Shown: piece by piece, positions 1 to 8,004 of the stretch
Layout: each line of letters starts with the position of its first letter
How positions within the stretch are numbered: the stretch's first letter is position 1
Assembly (NCBI GenBank): GCA_051747805.1
Contig: JBNJGP010000055.1
Location: 1-17,338 of the forward strand
Direction of reading: 5' to 3'
From: Candidatus Muiribacteriota bacterium
GTDB lineage: Bacteria; Muiribacteriota; Muiribacteriia; Muiribacteriales; Muiribacteriaceae
DNA: 17,338 bases
Translations under genes and position numbers: made by a program
Notes under the pieces: generated by a model
Told to the model about the DNA's origin: nothing
The model's input: only the letters and a program-made list of their open reading frames with translations
Databases searched by the model: none

Positions 1-85
1 AAAAATCTAAGAGCGTATGTTAAAAAATAATGACAGTACTTCAGTATGTAAACTAAACCCAATAAAGATTATAATCCTCTTTATA

Positions 86-168
86 AAGCGGTTTTTTGTG
101 ATTTTTGAAGTAATATAATTTTAAGTCGATAGGAGCCGTGAGAGGTGAGAAGTGAGAAGTAAGAGGTT
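86..168 (+). repeat. Composite dispersed repeat, copy A (40-bp module X + 4 heptamers)
   Basis: 86..125 is identical to 17188..17227 (40 bp). It is followed by AGCC-GTGAGAG-GTGAGAA-GTGAGAA-GTAAGAG-GTT, as in the other copies. Confidence 0.95.
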
Positions 169-195
169 GAAGATATCAAATTTACCTGACTGAAT

Positions 196-1449
196 TCATA
201 ATTGTGGAATAGAAATAATTTTATAAATTGTTCCATCTTCAAGCTGAATATTCTCGTCATAATAATCCATATATACTTTTGGATCTCTTCTATCAACAGC
301 AGTAATAATATATCGGTCCTGCGGTATATTTGAAAAACTGTACCAGCCGTCCCCTTTTGAAATATCGCTGTCAAGTTCATATGTTTCTTCTCCGTCAAAA
401 ACCCTTAAGCTTATTCTAATATTTTCCAGCAGGTTTCCCTCTTCATCAGTAACAATTCCCACTATATTTGAAAGCCTGCTTACAGCTGATGGTTTTGGCG
501 TCATTTCAACATCTAAATAATTGATTCCTGTTTCTACATTTATATTCTCAGTATAATCATAATAATTTCCATCCGGGTCAATTACTGTCAAAGTACGTTC
601 TCCAACTGGTATATTTTTCAGAGAATAAAAACCTTTTATACTTGAATTTTCTCCAGAACCACTTTCTTTTGTACCAGATAAAACAGCCGGAAAACCACTG
701 ATTGAAGTAATCATACCTGATAATATCTGCCCATTGGTTTCATCTTTAACATTCCCCTGCACCGTTCCTGTCTCGACAAAATCTCCTGAATAATCATTTA
801 AATTAATGTTTAAATTATTATAATCTTCTTCTATTTCTCTCATTGTAGAGAGCCTGAGCTCATTGTTAATATAAACTTTCAGAGTATTCATCCCCAGTGG
901 AACATTTTCCACACTGAAATATCCTAAGCTATTTGATAAAACACTATTTGAGCCTAAATGAATTTCCGCACCGTTTACATAGGTATTATTCAAAATTACA
1001 TGTCCAGATACCAGGGCTGTTTGCCGTCTCAAACGTAAGTCAACTTCCGTCTCCTGTCCCTGAAAAACAGATATCGGCTCTGATAATGTTTCATACGAGG
1101 AATACTCAACATGAATATCCCCGGAAAACACTCCCTGCTCTTCTTCAGGAGAATCAATATAAATATTTTTTATCTCAAAATAACCATCATTATCTGTATA
1201 GGTGGTCACATGATTTTCAAGTTTAACCGAGGCACCTCCTACTGGTTCCATTGTATTTAAATCTCGAACCCTGCCTGATATTTGGCCCGGTTCAACAGAA
1301 GGCTGTGTTCTAATTGTATCATCATCGGTTTTTCCTCTCAAAAATTCATCCATTAAACTTCCGCTTTCAGAAGGCGAAGTACTGGTACAACCGGTAATAA
1401 CTATTAAAAATATAATTAAGAAAACAGGTGCAGACTTTTTCATTTTCAT
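196..1449 (-). CDS. Lipoprotein with tandem carboxypeptidase-regulatory-like (Cna-B/PEGA-type beta-sandwich) domains
   Basis: 417-aa ORF with signal peptide II MKKSAPVFLIIFLIVITG-C. About four repeats of the G-x-V...G-x-[FY]-x-x-x-N-[IV]-P-x-G pattern. The start overlaps the upstream stop (ATGA at 1446..1449). Confidence 0.85.
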   Translation of the reverse strand: MKMKKSAPVFLIIFLIVITGCTSTSPSESGSLMDEFLRGKTDDDTIRTQPSVEPGQISGRVRDLNTMEPVGGASVKLENHVTTYTDNDGYFEIKNIYIDSPEEEQGVFSGDIHVEYSSYETLSEPISVFQGQETEVDLRLRRQTALVSGHVILNNTYVNGAEIHLGSNSVLSNSLGYFSVENVPLGMNTLKVYINNELRLSTMREIEEDYNNLNINLNDYSGDFVETGTVQGNVKDETNGQILSGMITSISGFPAVLSGTKESGSGENSSIKGFYSLKNIPVGERTLTVIDPDGNYYDYTENINVETGINYLDVEMTPKPSAVSRLSNIVGIVTDEEGNLLENIRISLRVFDGEETYELDSDISKGDGWYSFSNIPQDRYIITAVDRRDPKVYMDYYDENIQLEDGTIYKIISIPQL

Positions 1450-1835
1450 CTTATCCTTATAACCATTCTCTCGTGAAATAATATATATTCCCCAAAATGA
1501 ACACTTGCAGAATAAATTAACCTTTCACCGCGCTCAGAAATTTTTGCCTCAATAAAAGAAATCAGCTTTCCATCTTTTATTCCTTCCTCAATCTTTCCCC
1601 TTTTTAAATTCAACTTCTGACTTGAAACCGTCTCTTTTTCAACATTATCTATAAAATTAAAAAAAACCTCGAAATTGTCTTTATCAATTGTATTTAATTT
1701 TATATCAACGGCAAACTGATAGGTTTCTTTTTCAAGTTGCAGTTGACTGGTTTTATCAGGTGTCCAAAAAAGATTTTTAAAATTTGTAAGGGTTGGATAC
1801 GTTAAAAAACTTGATATTTTTGAAATAAAATTCAT
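1446..1835 (-). CDS. Hypothetical protein
   Basis: 129-aa ORF with SD-like AGAGGG before ATG, translationally coupled (ATGA) to the lipoprotein gene. No family recognised. Confidence 0.7.
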   Translation of the reverse strand: MNFISKISSFLTYPTLTNFKNLFWTPDKTSQLQLEKETYQFAVDIKLNTIDKDNFEVFFNFIDNVEKETVSSQKLNLKRGKIEEGIKDGKLISFIEAKISERGERLIYSASVHFGEYILFHERMVIRIR

Positions 1836-1881
1836 ATTACCCTCTTTTTTTAAAATGATTATAATTTTATTATCAATAAAT

Positions 1882-1909
1882 ATATCGGTATTTCAGCTTA
1901 TTTAATAAA
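1882..1909 (-). promoter_or_regulatory. Possible sigma28 (FliA/SigD) promoter
   Basis: -10 ACCGATAT at 1882..1889 (minus strand), identical to the -10 before fliK. The -35 is weak (TTTA at 16-bp spacing). Confidence 0.45.
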
Positions 1910-1912
1910 AAT

Positions 1913-3169
1913 TCAGTTATTATTTCCAAACTTTTTTCCTATTTCAAGGCATTTACAAAGCTGATATAAATGTATTAACTGAAGACAGTCACCAGAAGAA
2001 ATATTATAATCAAAAACTCCCTTGACCTTGTTTTTTATAATATTTTTACTTTCCTGAGTAAGTAGTTTTGATGAGTCAACCTGAAAATCTTTTGATGGTT
2101 TCATATAAAATTTTTTACTTAAAGATTTATCGGCATACTTTCTTATCATATATTTTTCAATATTATTATTAATGATTAAATCACCTGGAAGACTGAAAAC
2201 CCCCTTATAAAATTCTTTCACACTATAAGGGGATAACCTTTTAATATCTTCTTGATTATTATTTTTCATAAGGGCAAGTTGATTGTTTAAAAAAAAGGAG
2301 TCAAGTATAAAATTTATTCTATCTTTCATTTCATCAAACTTAAAATATGAAATAGAATTATAGAAAACTTCCTTAACTTTATTTTCATCAAAAACAGAAA
2401 ATAAAAAATTTTGGGAAACCGGAACAAATTTTTTTAAAAACCAGTTGAATTCAACCTGAGAGGTGGCTTTTTTTACAAAATCATAATCCCCTGCTATCTC
2501 ATCGGCTCCTACGCCTGAAACAACTGAACTTGCCCCGATTTTACAGGCGTTTTGAATATGAAAATAATCGTCTGCAAATCCGGCATTAATAAAAGGAATT
2601 TTGAATTCATAATTTAAGAGTAAATTCGAATATTTGTAATCTAATCCTTTTTCCTTAAAAACTTTTTTTATATTATACTCTTTTAAAGCTATATTTATAT
2701 CTTTTTCCTGATCGGGCATGTAAATAGAAACACCCGCAAAAGGATCAAGCTCTTTTAAATTTTCATAAACTAAAACAGAATCAAGCCCACCGCTTAATAA
2801 AATATATGGTTTTTTACCACATTTTTTTTTTAAAGAATTAAATATTTTATCTAATATTAGTTCAAAATCTCTACAAGAATTTGTTTTAGTATATTTTTCA
2901 ATCTTATTAAAGCGGACAGGTAAAATTCCTTTAAAAATTGAGTATGGATAAAAATTTGATTTAAATAAAATTAATTGAATAACACCCTCAACTGATATAT
3001 CTGGATTGAATTTTAAAACATATTCTTTTAAATCATGAAACAAATAGAAATCAGATTTATTTTTTAAAAAATATAAAGGGCCTTTTTCAAAATCGTTAAT
3101 CCATACAATATTATTTTTTAATTCGAAATTCTTTTGTGTACGAAAAGAATTAGTTTGAATTTTTTTCAT
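1913..3169 (-). CDS. Asparagine synthetase C-terminal-domain-like ATP pyrophosphatase (no intact glutaminase domain)
   Basis: PP-loop LLSGGLDS, plus SGVGADEIAGDY, RLSPY and EKYMIRKYA...KPSKDFQ, match Asn_synthase motifs. There is no N-terminal Cys and the N-terminal region is short. Confidence 0.8.
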   Translation of the reverse strand: MKKIQTNSFRTQKNFELKNNIVWINDFEKGPLYFLKNKSDFYLFHDLKEYVLKFNPDISVEGVIQLILFKSNFYPYSIFKGILPVRFNKIEKYTKTNSCRDFELILDKIFNSLKKKCGKKPYILLSGGLDSVLVYENLKELDPFAGVSIYMPDQEKDINIALKEYNIKKVFKEKGLDYKYSNLLLNYEFKIPFINAGFADDYFHIQNACKIGASSVVSGVGADEIAGDYDFVKKATSQVEFNWFLKKFVPVSQNFLFSVFDENKVKEVFYNSISYFKFDEMKDRINFILDSFFLNNQLALMKNNNQEDIKRLSPYSVKEFYKGVFSLPGDLIINNNIEKYMIRKYADKSLSKKFYMKPSKDFQVDSSKLLTQESKNIIKNKVKGVFDYNISSGDCLQLIHLYQLCKCLEIGKKFGNNN

Positions 3170-3176
3170 AAAAAAT

Positions 3177-4448
3177 TTATTTTAGTTTTGCAATTCTTTC
3201 CTGCGGCGAAACAATAGTAGTTATTCTAATTCCAAAATTCTCATCAATAACAACAACTTCACCTTTAGCAATTAATTTACCGTTGACAAGAACATCTATT
3301 GATTCACCCGCAAGACGCTCAAGTTCAATCACAGAACCAGTACCAAGTTCAAGAATATCTTTGACAAGCATTTTTGTTCTGCCAAGCTCTACAGTAATCT
3401 GTAATGGAACATCAAGTAGCAAATCAATATTAGAAGGTAGCTCAACAAGCTCTTCTTCCTCAACATCTGCAAAATCAACAGGAGTTGCATCAACATCAGT
3501 ATATTTTCTGGATTTTTTTAACTTTTTACCATCTTTTGAGACAGCTACTCTCCGCTTTTTCTTTTTCTTTTTGGGAACTTCTTCATATTCTTCATCATCT
3601 TCTTCGTCTTCCTCTTCTTCATATTCATCATCTTCAGCTGCGGAATCTTCAGCAGTCTCTTCTGAGACAGGCTCTTCTGTATCTCCCTCTTTTAAAAGCT
3701 TATCAATTTCTTCCTGAGATAAATCTCCGCTATCAGAAGACTGGGCTTTTTTATTTTCGACAGGTGCACTTTCTGAGTCTGATTTTTTGAGGATTTTTTG
3801 GAGTATTTTTTTTGCCTCTTCGATATCACAAAAAATAAAAAGATTATGTTGTTTTTCTTCATCCAGAGCAAGATTCAGTTTAATAAGAAGAAGTTCATCT
3901 TTTAATCCAACTCCTTCCGGAGAATTATCAAGATTAAGTTTAGGAGGAACGTATCTTGCAGCAATGTCATATTTGTTTTTCCACAACATTACCACAGAAC
4001 CAAATATTTGATCAAAAAAGGCTTCACATGCAGAAATATATTCAGGAGTCAACTCATCTACTTCTGTTCCTCCAAGCATCATTGAGGCAATATTCTCTAA
4101 AAAGTCCTGTTGAGTAAAAATATGAGATTTAAACTCTATTCCCTCATTAAATTCCATTTGGGCATGTGCAGGACTGGCTATTAAATCTTTTGAATCGGCA
4201 AGTTTTTTAACATCTATTGATTCAAACTCGCATTTTGCCGCCTCGTTATTGGCAAGAGTAAGCAAAACAGAAGCCGCGCCATTAGCCATCAGCTCAAAAA
4301 ATTCTTTTAAAGCAGCAAGTTCATCAGAGCTGAAGGGACCATCTCCACCACTGCCATCTCCACCTTTTTTTTCTCCATTGGCCGAATTAGAGGAAGCACC
4401 TTCTAATAGAGCATCTATTTCATCTTGACTAAGCAAACTGTCGCTCAT
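3177..4448 (-). CDS. fliY: Flagellar motor switch protein FliY (CheC-like domain + FliN/SpoA domain)
   Basis: N-terminal [11 protein letters not shown] and a CheC-like middle domain. C-terminal [16 protein letters not shown]...[15 protein letters not shown] is the FliN domain. ATGA overlap with fliM. Confidence 0.9.
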   Translation of the reverse strand: MSDSLLSQDEIDALLEGASSNSANGEKKGGDGSGGDGPFSSDELAALKEFFELMANGAASVLLTLANNEAAKCEFESIDVKKLADSKDLIASPAHAQMEFNEGIEFKSHIFTQQDFLENIASMMLGGTEVDELTPEYISACEAFFDQIFGSVVMLWKNKYDIAARYVPPKLNLDNSPEGVGLKDELLLIKLNLALDEEKQHNLFIFCDIEEAKKILQKILKKSDSESAPVENKKAQSSDSGDLSQEEIDKLLKEGDTEEPVSEETAEDSAAEDDEYEEEEDEEDDEEYEEVPKKKKKKRRVAVSKDGKKLKKSRKYTDVDATPVDFADVEEEELVELPSNIDLLLDVPLQITVELGRTKMLVKDILELGTGSVIELERLAGESIDVLVNGKLIAKGEVVVIDENFGIRITTIVSPQERIAKLK

Positions 4449-5512
4449 AAATTCATAGCCTCCTCTTCATCTTTTATCACATCTTTTACAACAACTGCAA
4501 CATTTTTGCCTTTTTTACCAGCTTTCCCCTGGAATTTCAGGGCACCGTTCACGACAATATTTAAATTATCGGTTATTTTTGTATTTAACTTAACTGCATC
4601 ACCAGCCTTTAACAATAAAAAGTCTTTAACATCAATTTCAGATTTACCCAGCTCAACGACTACCGGTACGTCCACCCTCTTAAGCTTTGTTTCCAGATTC
4701 AGAAGATTCTCTGATGAAATTTCTTTCTTTTTGGGTTTAAACCATGACTGTGTAGTCAACTTTCCTATAATAGGTTCAAGTACAATATATGGTATGCAGA
4801 GATTCATTATCCCTTCTGTTTCTGCTATTTTAACTTCAAAAGTAACAAGAAGAACCATTTCATTAGGCGGAACAATCTGAGTAAACTGAGGATTGCTCTC
4901 AATAAATTCAATTTTAGGCGAAAGCTCAATAACCTGCAACCAGGATTCTTTAAAGTATTCTAGTATTTTAACTATAACCCGGGAAATTACCGATTCTTCA
5001 ATATCTGTTAATATACGTGGATTATCCAGACTTCTTCCCTGCCCACCAAAAAGTTTATCTAGAATTGAAAACACCAGATTAAGATTTATTTCAATCACAG
5101 AATTTCCATCAAGGGTTCCCATAGACATAATACTTAAAAAAGTAGGATTAGCAAGAGTACGGGTAAATTCTTCATATGTAAGCTGGTCAACAGAAACAAC
5201 GTCAAAATTAACTATAGTGCGTAGGGTGGTTGATAAATATGTTGAAACAAGCCTTGAAAAAGCTTCATGAATACGATTTAAAGTTCTCAGCTGTTCTTTT
5301 GCAAATTTATCCGGTCTTTTAAAATCATAAATTTTAATTTTTTTATTATCAATAGGTTTATTTGTATTAGCAGCAGTATTTTGTGATTGATTGCCGCCAG
5401 ATTGCTGCTGTCCACCGGCAGGTGATCCTGCATCTTTTTTCTGGCCGGATGGACCTGAAATAGACGTTAACAACGCATCAATTTCATCCTGGTTTAATAC
5501 TTCCTGTGCCAT
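4445..5512 (-). CDS. fliM: Flagellar motor switch protein FliM
   Basis: Motifs [43 protein letters not shown] and GIMNLCIPY; position between fliL and fliY. Confidence 0.97.
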   Translation of the reverse strand: MAQEVLNQDEIDALLTSISGPSGQKKDAGSPAGGQQQSGGNQSQNTAANTNKPIDNKKIKIYDFKRPDKFAKEQLRTLNRIHEAFSRLVSTYLSTTLRTIVNFDVVSVDQLTYEEFTRTLANPTFLSIMSMGTLDGNSVIEINLNLVFSILDKLFGGQGRSLDNPRILTDIEESVISRVIVKILEYFKESWLQVIELSPKIEFIESNPQFTQIVPPNEMVLLVTFEVKIAETEGIMNLCIPYIVLEPIIGKLTTQSWFKPKKKEISSENLLNLETKLKRVDVPVVVELGKSEIDVKDFLLLKAGDAVKLNTKITDNLNIVVNGALKFQGKAGKKGKNVAVVVKDVIKDEEEAMNL

Positions 5513-5530
5513 CCAAGCTCCTTTATCAAA

Positions 5531-6022
5531 TTACTGAACCAAAAATTCTAAAAAATACACAGCCACCACTTCTTTAAAAGTTCCGTCAAATACTCCGTCG
5601 CCAAGCTCATGTTTTAAAACCTCGTTAAGCTTTATGCGAATTTCTTCCTGTAGCTTGCCGGAGCGATAATCTTCAATTGCCTCCACAGCTGTTTTGCTTA
5701 CAAGAAGCCGGTTAATTGAATCCCTTGCAAGTCCGATATTATCGTTTATAGCTGCAACAACTTCGGAATCACTAACCCCGAGCTGCACTTTAACCTTGAT
5801 AATTCCCTGATTATCACTTGTAGGAACTAAAAATTCGGCCATTTCATATTTAGCCTTTATAGGCAAGGTTACCTGATCTGATGATATCTGCTGTTGGGCC
5901 CCATAAACCAAATGAGAAACAAAATAAGAAATTCCGGTCACCAGCATAATACCAACAATTCCAAGAATTGCCACAATTAAATACTTTATCAGGGGATTCC
6001 CAGTTTTTACTTCTTCAGCCAT
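5531..6022 (-). CDS. fliL: Flagellar basal body-associated protein FliL
   Basis: 163 aa with a single N-terminal TM helix, ARDSINRLL and C-terminal VVAVYFLEFLVQ. Located between motB and fliM; SD GGAGG. Confidence 0.9.
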   Translation of the reverse strand: MAEEVKTGNPLIKYLIVAILGIVGIMLVTGISYFVSHLVYGAQQQISSDQVTLPIKAKYEMAEFLVPTSDNQGIIKVKVQLGVSDSEVVAAINDNIGLARDSINRLLVSKTAVEAIEDYRSGKLQEEIRIKLNEVLKHELGDGVFDGTFKEVVAVYFLEFLVQ

Positions 6023-6122
6023 TTTGCCTCCAATAAAATTTACCCGACCAGAATATTTACCATAGGCCGAATATTTACATTGCCTTTTTAGAATTGTCCA
6101 GGCATCTCTAACTTTAATTAAA

Positions 6123-6150
6123 ATATCGTCATTTTTAAAAAATTATATTA
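6123..6150 (-). promoter_or_regulatory. Putative sigma28 promoter for fliL-fliM-fliY
   Basis: Minus strand TAAT-N16-GACGATAT, with the same spacing as the two strongest sites in this window. Confidence 0.55.
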
Positions 6151-6157
6151 AAAACTT

Positions 6158-6928
6158 TTAATCGTTCAAAATAACAATATCAACTCTTCTGTTCTGACGC
6201 ATTCCTTCGTGATTCCTTGAACCGTCCGGATTTCGATTCGGGGCCACTGGTCTATATTCGCCGTAACCCGCAGAGGCAAATCTGCTTCCATCAAGTCCTT
6301 CCTCTTCAACAAAATATCTTACTACATTTGTTGCTCTTATAGCAGATAGTTCCCAGTTTGTAGGAAATTTTTCCTTTAGCCTTGGTCCAATTGGAACATC
6401 ATCTGTATGTCCCTCAATTTCAACATTTCTATCAATATTATTTAAAACTTCTCCAACCTTGTCAAGAATCAAATTATAATTCGGGTTCCACTGGGCACTT
6501 CCAGTTTCAAATAAGGCTCTATCCTCAATTCTTACAGTAATTCCTTTTTCTGGTATATCAAAAACACTTATTTCAATCCCCGCCTCTTCAAGTGCCTGTT
6601 GTACAGCAACTAAATCCATAATTATTTCCCTGTCTTCTTGTTCCTGCAGCTCTTCCATATCTTCTTCTTCAGTTTCATCACTGAAATCCATCATTTCTCT
6701 AACATCTCTTGCCTGTTTCAGCTCTCCTTCGGAAACAACATCACCAGCATCAAGAACACCGAAAGCCCCCTGAAACGATTCTATTATTCGGATAAATTTA
6801 GCTTCATCAATCGTCGACATAGAAAACAGAAGCACAAAGAAACATAAAAGAAGGGTCATACAGTCCCCGAATGTGACCATCCACTCCGGAGCTCCTCCCT
6901 CTTCTTTTTTCTTTTTTTTACCAGGCAT
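6158..6928 (-). CDS. motB: Flagellar stator B subunit (MotB/PomB/MotS family)
   Basis: WMVTFGDCMTLLLCFFVLLFSMS TM motif and OmpA-like domain (EGHTDDVPI, NWELSAIRA, NRRVDI). TAATG overlap with motA. Confidence 0.97.
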   Translation of the reverse strand: MPGKKKKKEEGGAPEWMVTFGDCMTLLLCFFVLLFSMSTIDEAKFIRIIESFQGAFGVLDAGDVVSEGELKQARDVREMMDFSDETEEEDMEELQEQEDREIIMDLVAVQQALEEAGIEISVFDIPEKGITVRIEDRALFETGSAQWNPNYNLILDKVGEVLNNIDRNVEIEGHTDDVPIGPRLKEKFPTNWELSAIRATNVVRYFVEEEGLDGSRFASAGYGEYRPVAPNRNPDGSRNHEGMRQNRRVDIVILND

Positions 6929-7722
6929 TATTCTTCACCACCTTCTTCTTCTTCTCCCTCAGAATCCTCAGTTTCTTCCTGACGCATTGCAGGTGGTAAA
7001 AATGCTTTAAGTTTTTCTTCAACAATTCTTGGGTTATCTCCGGCCTGAATAGATAATAATCCTTCAAGCATAATATATTTCACAATATTTTCTTCTTCAC
7101 TTTTATTACCAAGTTTTGTGGCCATAGGAATAAAAAGAAAGTTTGCCATGACCGCTCCATACATAGTTGTTAAAAGAGCCAGAGCCATACCCGGACCTAA
7201 AGCCGAAGGATCATCTAAATCACCCAGCATTTTAATAAGTCCGATTAAAGTACCAATCATCCCGAATGCCGGAGAAAGCTGCCCCATTTTATCAAGAAGA
7301 AGCTTCCCCCCCTCATGTCTGCTTTCAAGATACTCTATTTCTGTTTCAAGTATTCTTCGAACAAGATCAGGGTCTGTTCCATCAACAACAAGCTGAATCC
7401 CTTTTTTAAAAAACGGGTCCTCAACCTTCTCAACATCATCCTCCAGAGCCAGAAGACCTTCTCTTCTTGCTTTTTCTGCAAAGCTGACAAGTGAAGAAAT
7501 TGTATCAAGTGAATTAAAATCCTCTTCATAAAAGACTTTTTTAAAAATAGCCGGTATTGTCTTCATCTGAGCCATTGAAAAACATATAAAAACACCACCT
7601 AAAGCACCACCAGCCACAATAAAAATTGAAGGAATATCAATAAAAGCCACAATATCAACACCAATTCCAGCTGATAACAGTACTGTACCTAAAACAAGTC
7701 CAATTATTGTTGATTTATCCAT
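6928..7722 (-). CDS. motA: Flagellar stator A subunit (MotA/PomA/MotP family)
   Basis: Motifs ARREGLLALE, GIQLVVDG, PAFGMIGTLIGLI, ALALLTTMYG and IQAGDNPR. Confidence 0.97.
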   Translation of the reverse strand: MDKSTIIGLVLGTVLLSAGIGVDIVAFIDIPSIFIVAGGALGGVFICFSMAQMKTIPAIFKKVFYEEDFNSLDTISSLVSFAEKARREGLLALEDDVEKVEDPFFKKGIQLVVDGTDPDLVRRILETEIEYLESRHEGGKLLLDKMGQLSPAFGMIGTLIGLIKMLGDLDDPSALGPGMALALLTTMYGAVMANFLFIPMATKLGNKSEEENIVKYIMLEGLLSIQAGDNPRIVEEKLKAFLPPAMRQEETEDSEGEEEEGGEE

Positions 7723-7727
7723 CTATT

Positions 7728-7925
7728 TTAATTTCCTCCCGATACGGAAAATATTTTTCTTTTCACCTCTATATATTTATCGACAATATTCTCAGGCGGT
7801 TCTTTAACAACCACCTTTTTACCGGTAGTCAAAGTAATTGTTGTATCTGGATGCTTATCAACCCGTAAAATACAATCAGGATTTAAATAATATTCTATTC
7901 CACTGAACTCTGTAACTTTAATCAT
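7728..7925 (-). CDS. flbD: Flagellar protein FlbD (SwrD)
   Basis: 65 aa, MIKVT...YLNPDCI...PDTTITLTTGKKVVVKE; canonical position between flgE and motA. Confidence 0.93.
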   Translation of the reverse strand: MIKVTEFSGIEYYLNPDCILRVDKHPDTTITLTTGKKVVVKEPPENIVDKYIEVKRKIFSVSGGN

Positions 7926-7949
7926 TGAAAACTCCTAAATAGAAATTAG

Positions 7950-7988
7950 AGAAATAAAATCGGGCCCCTTTTTTAAAAGAGACCCGAT
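7950..7988 (-). terminator. Intrinsic terminator-like hairpin downstream of flgE
   Basis: Minus strand ATCGGGTCTCTTTT-AA-AAAAGGGGCCCGAT followed by TTTATTTCT. The stem mismatches are G-U pairs only on the minus strand. Confidence 0.8.
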
Positions 7989-8004
7989 AGTTAAAAATTA
8001 ATTA

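Noticed and set aside
1..30. Possible 3' end of a + strand gene (KNLRAYVKK*)
   Set aside because: Too short to support.
81..398. 105-aa minus-strand ORF
   Set aside because: It overlaps the lipoprotein gene out of frame and stays open only because it runs through the stop-free pyrimidine strand of the repeat.
1446..3169. Lasso peptide biosynthetic cluster
   Set aside because: There is a cyclase-like enzyme, but no recognisable B1 (RRE) or B2 protease gene or precursor peptide in the window.
6023..6157. c-di-GMP riboswitch upstream of fliL
   Set aside because: I could not identify the GEMM-I (GNRA tetraloop/receptor, GCAAA) or GEMM-II core motifs.
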